64,000 nucleotides of DNA from a virus, in the IMG/VR virus record IMGVR_UViG_3300032562_000005; one strand, 5' to 3'. This document shows, in pieces, positions 28,614 to 38,566 of this stretch. Every line of letters begins with the position of its first letter. The first letter of the stretch is position 1. The translations under genes and the position numbers were made by a program. Under the pieces are notes generated by a model, which searched no databases, had not been told where the DNA came from, and saw only the letters and a list, made by a program, of their open reading frames with translations.

Positions 28614-30071
28614 TTATTTCCATTCCAGTTTCTCTTGTGTGAATGGGTAGTTTGCTTCTCTATAAAACTGTTTACGCTTGGTTAAATGTCGTCGTGCGAA
28701 TTTACAGGTGCTGGTGACGTCCCAGATTTGGACGAAGTCTTTGTCTTCTGCTTTACGAATACCCCGACCAATCGATTGAATAACTCGCACAAAAGATTTA
28801 CCAGGTTCAACAAGAACAAGATTAAAGATACGGGGTATATTAATACCAACAGCAGCAACACCGTAGGTAGCCACAATAACTTTTCCAGTGGCCGTTGCCA
28901 CTTCCGCATATTCTTCATCTCGCTTGGTTCCTTTTGTTGCTCCGCTTACAAATACAGCTTTGTCGCCTAATCGTTCTACAATGGCGTGTCCTGCGGCTAC
29001 ACGATCCACTAAGACTAATGTATTGCCTGTGGCATTAACTTTATCAACTAATTGCGCTATAGTATCAAGTCTATCAGGTTCTTCTAATAAGAACTTTAAC
29101 TCACTTTGATAGTTTGAAAACTCTGCGTGGTCTACTAACTGTACAACGTTTACGTGACATTGTGCTAGGACACCGCGATCCTGTAGCTCACTAGCACTAA
29201 GTTGATTAATAACAGGACCTAAACTACATTTTAATGCTTGAAATTCAAATGCTTCCTTAGGTACTGTACCAGTCAATCCCCAACGGATAGGTACCTTAGA
29301 CATAATTGTTGTCAATAGTGTTTTAAGCGCATCTGCTTTGGCCATATGTACTTCATCGACCATAATACATACTACGCCTTCGATAAAATCTTGTATAGTA
29401 ACTTCGGCGCCTGCTTTAGTATTCTTCATTAGAATGTTCAATGATTGCCAAGTACAAATAGTATGTGTCTTGCCCCATTCTTTTCTGTCGCCAAAGTAAA
29501 CACCAACATCTAATCCTAATCCGCGATAATCTTTTTCTGTTTGGGTTACCAAGCTCTTATTAGGGACAATTACGATAGTTCTGCCATGCTGTTCACAACG
29601 CTGACTCAATGCCGCTGTCATAATAGTCTTGCCAGCGCCAGTGGCAATTTCTTGTATGCTTTGCGGATTTTCTAAAAAGTTATTAATAATTTCTACTTGA
29701 TAGTCGCGAAGTTTAATAGGTTGGCCTTCCATGGGATGGCCCTTGCCCCAATTGATATGAGCAAAAGTATCTTCGGTTACTCGCTCAAAATCAAAAGTAG
29801 TAGAATAATCACGAAGATCATCAAGCTCAACGTCATAGTTATAGTTTTCTAATATAGGAATAATTTCAGGTAGTAGGTTTGTATAAGTGCTACCGCCCAT
29901 TTGAAAGTATGCTACTTTGCCATCCCACCGACCAAGTCTAACCGCAGGTTGATATCTAGCCCCTGGCATTTCGTACTTAAAAGTATTAACCAATTTTTTA
30001 CGGACATCAAGCTCGAGTCCTTCTATTTTGATATTAACTTCATCTTTAATTATAATTGTAGCAGTTCGCAT
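28614..30071 (-). CDS. uvsW: SF2 DNA helicase UvsW
   Basis: LRDYQ, ATGAGKT, DEVH, GLTGT, QSIGRGIR. Confidence 0.9.
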   Translation of the reverse strand: MRTATIIIKDEVNIKIEGLELDVRKKLVNTFKYEMPGARYQPAVRLGRWDGKVAYFQMGGSTYTNLLPEIIPILENYNYDVELDDLRDYSTTFDFERVTEDTFAHINWGKGHPMEGQPIKLRDYQVEIINNFLENPQSIQEIATGAGKTIMTAALSQRCEQHGRTIVIVPNKSLVTQTEKDYRGLGLDVGVYFGDRKEWGKTHTICTWQSLNILMKNTKAGAEVTIQDFIEGVVCIMVDEVHMAKADALKTLLTTIMSKVPIRWGLTGTVPKEAFEFQALKCSLGPVINQLSASELQDRGVLAQCHVNVVQLVDHAEFSNYQSELKFLLEEPDRLDTIAQLVDKVNATGNTLVLVDRVAAGHAIVERLGDKAVFVSGATKGTKRDEEYAEVATATGKVIVATYGVAAVGINIPRIFNLVLVEPGKSFVRVIQSIGRGIRKAEDKDFVQIWDVTSTCKFARRHLTKRKQFYREANYPFTQEKLEWK

Positions 30072-30107
30072 TGTCATTTATTATAGCATACTTAGTACGC
30101 AAAGAGC

Positions 30108-30138
30108 AAAAAAACAGACACCGTTTTACGGGTGTCTG
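30108..30138 (-). terminator. rho-independent terminator (second hairpin immediately upstream at 30145-30164)
   Basis: CAGACACC/GGTGTCTG stem followed by a T7 run on the minus strand. Confidence 0.75.
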
Positions 30139-30236
30139 ATAAAATGTACCGTTTTCACGGTACAGGAGCTACTGTGAATACTTATTCGCCCTAGAGTGAA
30201 TGGTAAAATTTCTGGATCACGAGTGTTAGATTCATA

Positions 30237-30524
30237 TTATCCTGCTAGCAATTCGTTAATGTTATCGCCAATTCTTTCACCCCACTCACAGTTAATTTCC
30301 CATGCTTCGTCCCATTCTGGTGTGCCTTCGTCTGCTCCGATGAATCCTTCGATGGCTTCGGCAAACTCTGCTCCAAAATCCATAGCCCAGATCCACCCAT
30401 CCGGGGCAAGGTTGTCTTCTAACAGTGAGCGAACTAGTGCTACGTTAGATGATCCATCAAAACAACTTTCAATTTCATCATCTGTAAGACTATCTAATGT
30501 TCGCTTTGGTTTCGGAAGTTTCAT
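30237..30524 (-). CDS. acidic hypothetical protein
   Basis: 95-aa D/E-rich ORF. Confidence 0.65.
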   Translation of the reverse strand: MKLPKPKRTLDSLTDDEIESCFDGSSNVALVRSLLEDNLAPDGWIWAMDFGAEFAEAIEGFIGADEGTPEWDEAWEINCEWGERIGDNINELLAG

Positions 30525-30525
30525 A

Positions 30526-31572
30526 TTAATTGTTCTTCATACAAGTTGATACTGCCAATGCTTTCCAGTTAGACTCAGATACCTTAGTTAAGTCCGCTAA
30601 TTTCAATGCCATACGCAAAGACATCTCACGCAATTTATCTTGATTGGACTCCATGAACGCTAAGATTTCTTCGCCTTTTTCTGGACTAAAATCATAATCC
30701 TTAAACAACTGTCCTTGGCGGAAGATTTGCTTGATGCGTAAAAACTTATCTCGCATTGTATTGAGGGTCAAATCCAAAAAGTGACAACGAGATTGTAATG
30801 CTTCTAAGTGATCCTGCATCTTCTTACTCTTGATGTTATCAAACTTCAAGTTCGTAATAAAGATAGCACCACCTTTAAAGTCAAACATATCTGGTACACC
30901 TTCACGGCGCAACATTGCGCTATCTGAATTCCAGTGGATCTTCCGTTTCTTACCCGAATCCAATGCGGCCTTAAGAATGTTTAGCGCCAATTCATCTTGG
31001 AATACTGAGTCACAGTCATCGAATACTAAGACGTTATTAGCGTCTGAGTGACGATAAAGTGTACAGTACAGACCAATTGGAGTCATAGCACCTTTAACTA
31101 CTTCGTACTTAATTTTCTTACCTGAGATTTTGTCAAACAGTCCTGACTTCTCAAGTTCAAATTCTACACCATAGGACTTACCTACGCCTGGGGGGCCAAC
31201 TACAATCATCGCACGAACATCGCCTGCGATAGTAGCACGAGTCATTTGATGTAGGATTTCGAATCGTTCTTCAATACGATTCATTACTTCTTCATCAGAT
31301 TCTGCTGGCGTAATTTCTTTCGCTTGAGCAATTTCTTTAAAAGTTGTCTGAGGAACATAAGGAGAATATTCGCCGTCGACAACAAATTCTACATCGTCGA
31401 TTCCATTTATTTTAACACGAACATCGTCATACTCTGGACCAAAAAAGCCATCTGATTTTACTGTCACATAGCCTCCTTTGGCGCCTGTTTGAAAATCTTT
31501 TACTAAAGTGAACGCAACATTTTGAACTGGCATATTGCGATACACACCATTTTTAATTAATACCTTTGCCAT
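30526..31572 (-). CDS. P-loop (AAA-like) ATPase
   Basis: GPPGVGKS Walker A, LVFDDCD Walker B, FITN, SRC. Confidence 0.85.
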   Translation of the reverse strand: MAKVLIKNGVYRNMPVQNVAFTLVKDFQTGAKGGYVTVKSDGFFGPEYDDVRVKINGIDDVEFVVDGEYSPYVPQTTFKEIAQAKEITPAESDEEVMNRIEERFEILHQMTRATIAGDVRAMIVVGPPGVGKSYGVEFELEKSGLFDKISGKKIKYEVVKGAMTPIGLYCTLYRHSDANNVLVFDDCDSVFQDELALNILKAALDSGKKRKIHWNSDSAMLRREGVPDMFDFKGGAIFITNLKFDNIKSKKMQDHLEALQSRCHFLDLTLNTMRDKFLRIKQIFRQGQLFKDYDFSPEKGEEILAFMESNQDKLREMSLRMALKLADLTKVSESNWKALAVSTCMKNN

Positions 31573-31606
31573 ACTTTTAGCTCCTACTTTTATATTTTAA
31601 GTAACT

Positions 31607-31635
31607 ATTATATTGTAAAAACAATTTATTGTCAA
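31607..31635 (-). promoter_or_regulatory. sigma70-type early promoter
   Basis: TTGACA-N17-TATAAT perfect consensus. Confidence 0.85.
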
Positions 31636-31803
31636 CTAAGCAGGATTGGTATAACGAATTACCACTTCTGCGGAGCCAAACATAGTTTTAACTGTTTGTT
31701 CAGCCATATAAGCTGAACTAGTGTTAATAGGCATAGTGCCTTCGCTTAAAACTTCACCACTACCTGGGCGATATACTGTGTAAGTTACATTATATACTGA
31801 CAT
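31636..31803 (-). CDS. small early protein, 55 aa (MSVYNVTYTVYRPGSGEVL...)
   Basis: Hand-translated; AAGGA RBS and its own promoter; not in ORF track. Confidence 0.7.
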   Translation of the reverse strand: MSVYNVTYTVYRPGSGEVLSEGTMPINTSSAYMAEQTVKTMFGSAEVVIRYTNPA

Positions 31804-31820
31804 ATTATTTCCTTTGCTTA

Positions 31821-31920
31821 ATTGTTTACTATGTTAATAGTATAGCAAAATGGCAATTATTCGTCAACCTACAAAAAACCCCCTAAAAACGGGGGTCAAA
31901 TGTGTTGTTTTAATACAACG
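31821..31920 (-). repeat. ~100-bp regulatory cassette copy 2 (promoter TTGACG-N17-TATACT at 31839-31867)
   Basis: Closely similar to 2561-2661. Confidence 0.8.
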
Positions 31921-31922
31921 AA

Positions 31923-32675
31923 TTACTGTGCGCCCAACCAAGTTAAACTCTTGTCTAGCCAAGGCAGGACTAAATCTTGCTGATGCAAATAGCCTCTTGC
32001 CAATACTGATTTATCAGCAGAATCAGGTAATAGTTTAGCGTCAACTAAGTCGTACCAACGAACAGTTTTAGGATCAAAGGGAGCCGTTTCGCTTTTGTAC
32101 ACCACAACATATAACCAATTATCAATAGGATCTCGTTTAAAAAATCCAGATTTACAATCCCACCCTGCTACCGCTAACATATGAATTAAGTTAACTAAAG
32201 TATAGTGATAGTAACATCCATCCTGTTGACTAAAATCTAAATCTTTATGATGTATATTAGTTGTTTGTGGGATGGCCAAGGCTAACATAGCCCCAGGCGA
32301 AGTAATGTCTCGCCAATTGATTAATGTTTGAATTGGATTGAGCGCATATTGAAATGAATTATGACACCACAATACATCAAATTTATCAGGCGGTGGATAG
32401 ATACTTGATTCAAAATCTACTTTCTGATAAGTGATATTGGTATATTGATGTGCCATTGGCAAACTCTCTACAATATCTATACCTTGACATTGTATATTGA
32501 GAGGTGAAGGTCTATCTCCGCTTGTAGTTCTAGTGGCCCACCATTCTAAATCTCGACCAGTGCCACACCCAATATCAGCTAATGTCTTAATAGACATCAT
32601 AAAATCTTCATATTGGGCTAAGTGATTGAGAATCTGTAAACTATGTTGATGTGCTTCGTCTTCGTTTCTAAACAT
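31923..32675 (-). CDS. class I SAM-dependent methyltransferase
   Basis: LADIGCGTG, GID, FDVLWCHNSFQY. Confidence 0.85.
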   Translation of the reverse strand: MFRNEDEAHQHSLQILNHLAQYEDFMMSIKTLADIGCGTGRDLEWWATRTTSGDRPSPLNIQCQGIDIVESLPMAHQYTNITYQKVDFESSIYPPPDKFDVLWCHNSFQYALNPIQTLINWRDITSPGAMLALAIPQTTNIHHKDLDFSQQDGCYYHYTLVNLIHMLAVAGWDCKSGFFKRDPIDNWLYVVVYKSETAPFDPKTVRWYDLVDAKLLPDSADKSVLARGYLHQQDLVLPWLDKSLTWLGAQ

Positions 32676-32676
32676 T

Positions 32677-33129
32677 TTATACCTGTATATCTTCCATTCC
32701 TGCTGCTCTGAGTCTAACAATATGACCTAACATAAAGTTTTTAGATTCCATAGCTTTCATAATACCGAGATAGCGATTGCGTAACAATGCTACTTCATTG
32801 ATGAGTGTTTCGAAATCAATAACTTCGTCTTCACCATCTACATATTTTTCAGCATCGCGACTAGTTAACGCACGAGCATATCCTTCCAAATACTTTTGAA
32901 AATGCTTACGACGAATTTTGCGTAATTGTATATTAAGATAATTCAATACCGCTTCAATTTCTTGAAGCTGATTGAACCTGTGTTCAGTAATACCAGGTAA
33001 AGCAGTAATATTTTTTTCAATCAAACCACCTACCCGGCATTCCCGTTTAGCATCTTCGAGTTCAGTTTCATAGTGTGCAATAAAATCTGGTATCGCACCC
33101 AAATCGGCTGTTACACGACTATACCACAT
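32677..33129 (-). CDS. uvsY: recombination mediator UvsY-like
   Basis: Helical 150 aa (Y..ALTSRDAEKYVDGE) downstream of uvsX. Confidence 0.7.
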   Translation of the reverse strand: MWYSRVTADLGAIPDFIAHYETELEDAKRECRVGGLIEKNITALPGITEHRFNQLQEIEAVLNYLNIQLRKIRRKHFQKYLEGYARALTSRDAEKYVDGEDEVIDFETLINEVALLRNRYLGIMKAMESKNFMLGHIVRLRAAGMEDIQV

Positions 33130-33386
33130 TAATAGTCTTCGTTCTCGTTGTCATCGTATTCAAAGTCTTCCTCATCATCATCTTCATCATCTTGATGATC
33201 TTTAAGATAACTTGTAAGAGCTCGTTTAACTTCTGACTCAGATTTAAATGTATCTTTGATATCGTCCGCATCAATATCGTTATCAATTAGTACTGCTACT
33301 AATGTTTCTGCGGCTTCATCGCGATCCACTACGTTTACAAAACGCTTTAGTTCGTTATAAATTTCTTTTGCTAAATCTACTGACAT
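33129..33386 (-). CDS. acidic hypothetical protein
   Basis: 85 aa with D/E tail. Confidence 0.7.
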   Translation of the reverse strand: MSVDLAKEIYNELKRFVNVVDRDEAAETLVAVLIDNDIDADDIKDTFKSESEVKRALTSYLKDHQDDEDDDEEDFEYDDNENEDY

Positions 33387-33388
33387 TC

Positions 33389-34447
33389 TTATTCCTCCGT
33401 TACTGTGTCATCAGTACTTACTGTTTCTGCTGGTTTTCCGAAGTCTGCCATGATTTTATCCAAGCAACCATCTTCATTAGCTTCCCATTTTTTACGGAAC
33501 TGTTTAATAACTTCGCCATCTGACGATACGAATACTAAACTGTTGCCTTCTTTCTTGAGCAAGCCACGCTTTTCAGCTAAGTCCACCATACCGCTGTACG
33601 GATTCATACCTGTTTCATAAGGAATCTTAATTTGCATTCCTTCAAAAGGTTTAGCATAACGAGTTTTCATTACTTTACACCCAGCACGAATACCCATAAC
33701 ATCGCTAATCTTGTTACCGTCTTCGTCTTCTTTGAGCTTCATTTTCTTCATAGCAACAACAATACTTGATGCGTAGATAAAGCCTTGTCCGCCTGAGATT
33801 TTATCATCTGGATCGAACATATCTTGTGAAGCGTATGTATGGTTAGTACATACCATACCAACGTTAAAGCTACCAAAGAAGTTAACTGAGTTACGAACTA
33901 ACGCTGTAAGTGCCTTAGGTTTACGACCCATGTCACCTTTCATATCGCCAGCTTCAAACTGATTAACGTCAGTTGGAGTCAACAACATACCCAATGAGTC
34001 AACTACAAACAATACCTTTGGACGCTCGCCGTCTGGTAATGTTTTGTAATCTTGCATAAAGGTTGAAATTGTTTTAGCCACGTCATCAATCATAGCCATG
34101 TTAAGTTTAAGCAATTTGCTTTCACTTGTATCGACGCCTAGATTGTGTAACCATTTTTCATCTAGCGCATTTTCTGTATCAATTAATACTACGAAAATAC
34201 CTTGGTCTTGTGCGTTCTTTACAATGTTACCAGAACAGATATAACTCTTACCTGCGCCCGATTCACCTGCGAATACTGTTACTTTACCCAAAGGAATTCC
34301 TCTGTTAAAGTCTCCTGAGATGAGATAGTTCAAAGCAAAATTGCCAGTACTAACCCAATCTGTTGGATCGTTAAATCCAATTGACATTCCGTCAATAGAT
34401 TTTGTAATATCTTTCCTGAACTTACTGAAGTCGTAAGGTTTAGCCAT
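33389..34447 (-). CDS. uvsX: RecA-like recombinase UvsX
   Basis: GESGAGKS, DTENA, VVDSLG, NHTY, SGG. Confidence 0.92.
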   Translation of the reverse strand: MAKPYDFSKFRKDITKSIDGMSIGFNDPTDWVSTGNFALNYLISGDFNRGIPLGKVTVFAGESGAGKSYICSGNIVKNAQDQGIFVVLIDTENALDEKWLHNLGVDTSESKLLKLNMAMIDDVAKTISTFMQDYKTLPDGERPKVLFVVDSLGMLLTPTDVNQFEAGDMKGDMGRKPKALTALVRNSVNFFGSFNVGMVCTNHTYASQDMFDPDDKISGGQGFIYASSIVVAMKKMKLKEDEDGNKISDVMGIRAGCKVMKTRYAKPFEGMQIKIPYETGMNPYSGMVDLAEKRGLLKKEGNSLVFVSSDGEVIKQFRKKWEANEDGCLDKIMADFGKPAETVSTDDTVTEE

Positions 34448-34449
34448 TT

Positions 34450-35127
34450 TTATTCCTTTTTAAATTTACAATTCTTGCTGTGCCAACGAGTGTAATTGCT
34501 TTTCATTATTGTAATGCCGCAATGTTCACAAGTCAACCGGTTTTCAATTTTATTCACCCAATGATTGCCGCCCGATAATTGCGCTAATACTTCTTCACGA
34601 TGCATAATATTTTTTTTGCCGTCCATGTATTCATGTCGTTTACCTGTATGACTTTTACTAATCTTAGCAGCATTTATTGGATCTTTATTTGGATGATTGT
34701 CGCCCGTTATTGTTGGTCGCTTTTGTCCTCTTTGCGGATGTTCTTTACCATCTAAGTTGTGGGTCCAGTGATTATCACCACGAATAGCATTTGCTACTAG
34801 TTGTGCCACTTCTGGATCTTTCATTGGATTTTTATCGCCTGTGATTACGATTATGCCATCATTGTTGTGTCGATTCCAACTTCTAGGATCGTGTCTTGCG
34901 TCAAACATTTGTAAGATTTCTGTTTCTAGATCTAATACATTTTTAACACTATCGATACTGATGACTTCTCGTTTCCACTCTTCTTTATTTTCTAAGATAT
35001 GCTTTCTCAGTAATTTAGCCGATGCGATATACCCATCATCTGGATGGCAGCCTTCGGCGGTTCTGGAACCCACATACCACTTTAAGGTCGGTATGTGAGT
35101 CCATTTATAGACAAAAGCTACGGTCAT
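34450..35127 (-). CDS. GIY-YIG-type homing endonuclease
   Basis: FVYKW...WYVGSR...Y..S...E..IL...WN; GDKNP/GDNH repeats; C-terminal CxxC..RWH..NC. Confidence 0.75.
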   Translation of the reverse strand: MTVAFVYKWTHIPTLKWYVGSRTAEGCHPDDGYIASAKLLRKHILENKEEWKREVISIDSVKNVLDLETEILQMFDARHDPRSWNRHNNDGIIVITGDKNPMKDPEVAQLVANAIRGDNHWTHNLDGKEHPQRGQKRPTITGDNHPNKDPINAAKISKSHTGKRHEYMDGKKNIMHREEVLAQLSGGNHWVNKIENRLTCEHCGITIMKSNYTRWHSKNCKFKKE

Positions 35128-36116
35128 TAAACAGTCTTTTGTTGACGTGCTCTAATCATTTGCAAAATATCTTGCGCTTTGTCCGAAGTTGCCGCAGAAG
35201 TTGAAACTGGAGCACTTGTTACAGGAACATCATCTTCTTCATCAAAACTAGAAGCTACTGGCGCTGGCACCGCTTTAGCTACTGGAGCATCTTCTGCTAT
35301 GGCCGCTGGTGCTGAAGTACCTGCCGGAGCATTTACTCCTGCTGGACGATAGTATTGACCCCAACGCTCAGCATCATAGCTCTGACCATCCACTGATGCT
35401 TCGAACATTTCCTTGATAACTTTCAACTCAACATCAGTTGGTTTCTTTGGAAGGAATGTTGATAAATCAAACAAACCATATTGTTCAATAGCCGCTTGTT
35501 CAGCTTCTGTTAGTGCTGATTCTTTACGAGCCCACTTAGAGCCTGAATAGTCAGCGAAGCCGCCTTTGCTACCTTTAGAGATACGGAAGTCAAGACCTTT
35601 TAAATAGTCTGTTGGTAATTCTTCCAACTCTGGATCCATCAACGCACCTTTGATAAGTGTGAAGATTTGTGGGCCGATAATGAAACGGCGAATTGGATTT
35701 TCTGGAGCCTTGTCATCTGACAATGGGTTCTCACGAACAAAGCCTTGGAAAATGTAATCACGCTTTTTCCAATACTTACGACCCATATCTTCCAACGCTG
35801 GATCTTTAAACCATGTGCGTACTTCTGACAAGATTGGGCAAGTCTCGCCCCACATCTCAACGCATGGAACACGAACTTGTACTTGTTTGGATTCTAATTC
35901 TCCCTTAACACCACTAAATGGTAAACGAATCATTGCTCGTTCTTGCCAAAAGAATGTGTTTTTTGTATTACCGTCTGGGAGGAAGCGGAGTGTGGCATTT
36001 TGACCTTCGTCAATTGACCAATGTGGATAAATTGCTTGGTCGCCTTGTGAATTACCGCCTTGTTTATTACCTTCTGCCGCTTGTAAGCGGGCTCTGATTT
36101 CTGCTAATGATGCCAT
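35127..36116 (-). CDS. single-stranded DNA-binding protein (T4 gp32-like)
   Basis: LRFLPD, CVEMWGETCP, DY..SKW, acidic tail. Confidence 0.88.
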   Translation of the reverse strand: MASLAEIRARLQAAEGNKQGGNSQGDQAIYPHWSIDEGQNATLRFLPDGNTKNTFFWQERAMIRLPFSGVKGELESKQVQVRVPCVEMWGETCPILSEVRTWFKDPALEDMGRKYWKKRDYIFQGFVRENPLSDDKAPENPIRRFIIGPQIFTLIKGALMDPELEELPTDYLKGLDFRISKGSKGGFADYSGSKWARKESALTEAEQAAIEQYGLFDLSTFLPKKPTDVELKVIKEMFEASVDGQSYDAERWGQYYRPAGVNAPAGTSAPAAIAEDAPVAKAVPAPVASSFDEEDDVPVTSAPVSTSAATSDKAQDILQMIRARQQKTV

Positions 36117-36255
36117 TTTAAGTTGCCTTTCAAATTATAAAATGTGATGCCTATCTATGTTACTAGATTAAAGTTGCCTACAGTCTTTATTATACACAGG
36201 ACTGTCTGTGTTTACTACTAAACTGGTTAAGTTGCCTTATTAATGTTGCCGATTA
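36117..36255 (-). promoter_or_regulatory. SSB mRNA leader with H-type pseudoknot (36180-36211) and GGCAAC repeats
   Basis: ACACAG-A-CAGUC-CUGUGU-AUAAUAAA-GACUG; AGGCAACTT x3 plus variants. Confidence 0.75.
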
Positions 36256-36273
36256 TTGCTTTCTAATACTTAT

Positions 36274-38541
36274 TTATCTAAGGAAGATGGAACTGACAGA
36301 TTTCATGGTAGTTAAATTGGAATCTGCTTGAGTTTCGGTTGGTGCGTCGGTTTCTCTGATTCCTGCTAAGAACTTAATTCTTGCCATCATATCTTCGTCA
36401 GTGCCTTCGACTGGTTCTAATTTGCCAGAGTGTCCGTACGGGCCAGTTAACGCTGTATTTTCGTTAACTTCTTTGGCAGAATGTAACTTATCTTTAAGTG
36501 CTTTTAACTTTTGACTTAACGGATCATTTAATCCCACACGACCGCCCGAGCGGACAATTTTTTCAATTTCATCTTGTACTTGTTTCATTTGGTCAGCAGT
36601 ACTACTAGCGGTTTCGTCCACTTCGTCATTGTTGCCGCTAATCATATTGCTCAATTTATCGCCTAATGTATCACCGATATGTGCGCCTATCATTCCGCTA
36701 CCTGGAATTTCTGGAGCAATTAATTCGCCGGCAATCAATCCCAATCCTTTACCAATAGCGCCTTCGTCGACGTCATAGTCTTTGGCTATATCATCATAAA
36801 TTATTTGTAATATTTTATCAATGTCGTCTTTTGGATGTAATCCAGTTTCGAATGTAATCTCGTCAATTTTATCATGAATTTGTTTACTTACAAATTTTTC
36901 TACATTAGTTTTTGGATTAGCATAGATATTGTAGATATCAACATTGTTGCGAGCAATATCTTGTAGTAAAATATCTACTTCGTTCATTGCGCCTTCTTTA
37001 ACTAAACGATTAACTGCCTTATGAATACCACGACGGCGATTGTTATCTTGCCGATCTTTTTCTGCGTCAAATTTTGGTTGACGTTCGCCATATGAAACGC
37101 CCATATCTACACCTTGGTCGAAGTTTTTCATAGCACGGTCAGAGCTTGCTCGCTTAACATAGCTACCTAATGTGTCTGGACTTAATTCGTCTAGCATATT
37201 AGGAGTAACTTCTGGTTGCTGTGTATTTGGTGGATCTTCTGTTTGTGTGTGTGGATCTTTAATGCGCTCTTGAACTGGTTCTTGTGAATCTGGGATTGGG
37301 TTCTTTAATTGTCCAATAACTTGTGCTATAGCTGGATTGCTTTTTAATTGTTCCAAACGAGAAAGAATAATTTCACGAGCGTCGGCATTGGCATCTTGTT
37401 CAGCCAATTCTTCTAAACGGTCAAACAATTCGTCATCGCCTAACAAGTCATATAATAGTTCTGTAGCATTAGTAGCATCAGGACCTACTGGTAATTCTTG
37501 ACTAAGCAAGCTAACTAGTTGAGCTTGTTTCTCTTTAGTATCCGGAACTGCCCAAGTACCTTCAAGAATAAGGTTTGCCCAATTTTCAAATATGTTAGCT
37601 TCTTTCATGCTTTGTTCCCGTTGTAATTTTGCCAATAATGGTAGTGCTTGCTCGATGCGTGAATCTATGTTTTGTTCCACAAACATATGACGCAAATCTT
37701 CGATAATAACATCTTCGTCACTTAATGCGGCTGGATCCCAACCTTCAAAATACTTTGCGTAACCATTTTTTGTACTTAAACTTTTTAGATTACTTTGTAA
37801 TGTTTCGTAATAATGTGTAGCTTGTTCTACTAAGTGCTGTGTTTCACCTTCAAAGATTTTACCTTGATTGGCACGACGGAAACGACTTAATAAATTCATT
37901 TCTTCAACAATAGTAGCAATATGTTGTCCGCGAATATCGTAAGGCTTACCACCTTGACGCACGTGTTCTACCATAGCACGACCAGCTGATAATTTTGTAA
38001 ACGGCAATTTATAGCGTTCACCTTCGGCTGTCTCTACAAATAAAGATTCTACATAACGGAAGCGAGCATCATTCTCGCCAATAGCTCGTTTATGTTTAAT
38101 CATTAGTCTAGCTTCAGTTTCTGCGCCATTCCATGATTGAGTTTTTGTGCCAGCCCAAGATTCAAATAAGCCTTCGCTAATTGCGGCTTGACCTTGCATA
38201 CTGTATTTTAATTTGTTTAAATTCTGTAATGAGAAACTTAATAAATTTCTCTTGGCAAACATACGCAATTGATATAAAAAGTCAAACCAACCTTTTTTGT
38301 CATCGCCTTCCATACTTTTACCAATATTATCGCCAAAGTAAACATTTAGATTATTGTCTTCGGTAAGCATCACAACTACTGTGCCATAGTTTTGTCCTGA
38401 TTCACCTTTGTAATCAAAAGAAAATAAATCAGCTTGTTCTGGAGATGGGGCAGGTTTGCCCATACTATCTAATGACTGCGGGTCAAAATTCTTACTAATG
38501 AGTAAGTCGTTTAATTTCTGGTTAGCGTTGTTTTCTGCCAT
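36274..38541 (-). CDS. large putative virion protein with modular C-terminal third
   Basis: 755 aa; TAAATA upstream; repeated LDE/VKE/VDE/VNE-delimited segments. Confidence 0.6.
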   Translation of the reverse strand: MAENNANQKLNDLLISKNFDPQSLDSMGKPAPSPEQADLFSFDYKGESGQNYGTVVVMLTEDNNLNVYFGDNIGKSMEGDDKKGWFDFLYQLRMFAKRNLLSFSLQNLNKLKYSMQGQAAISEGLFESWAGTKTQSWNGAETEARLMIKHKRAIGENDARFRYVESLFVETAEGERYKLPFTKLSAGRAMVEHVRQGGKPYDIRGQHIATIVEEMNLLSRFRRANQGKIFEGETQHLVEQATHYYETLQSNLKSLSTKNGYAKYFEGWDPAALSDEDVIIEDLRHMFVEQNIDSRIEQALPLLAKLQREQSMKEANIFENWANLILEGTWAVPDTKEKQAQLVSLLSQELPVGPDATNATELLYDLLGDDELFDRLEELAEQDANADAREIILSRLEQLKSNPAIAQVIGQLKNPIPDSQEPVQERIKDPHTQTEDPPNTQQPEVTPNMLDELSPDTLGSYVKRASSDRAMKNFDQGVDMGVSYGERQPKFDAEKDRQDNNRRRGIHKAVNRLVKEGAMNEVDILLQDIARNNVDIYNIYANPKTNVEKFVSKQIHDKIDEITFETGLHPKDDIDKILQIIYDDIAKDYDVDEGAIGKGLGLIAGELIAPEIPGSGMIGAHIGDTLGDKLSNMISGNNDEVDETASSTADQMKQVQDEIEKIVRSGGRVGLNDPLSQKLKALKDKLHSAKEVNENTALTGPYGHSGKLEPVEGTDEDMMARIKFLAGIRETDAPTETQADSNLTTMKSVSSIFLR

Positions 38542-38566
38542 GGTATATTATTTAGCTATTTTTAAT

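Noticed and set aside
36117-36255. GGCAAC repeats as a mini-CRISPR array or iteron origin
   Set aside because: The repeats are only 6-9 nt and irregularly spaced; an SSB mRNA leader explains them better.
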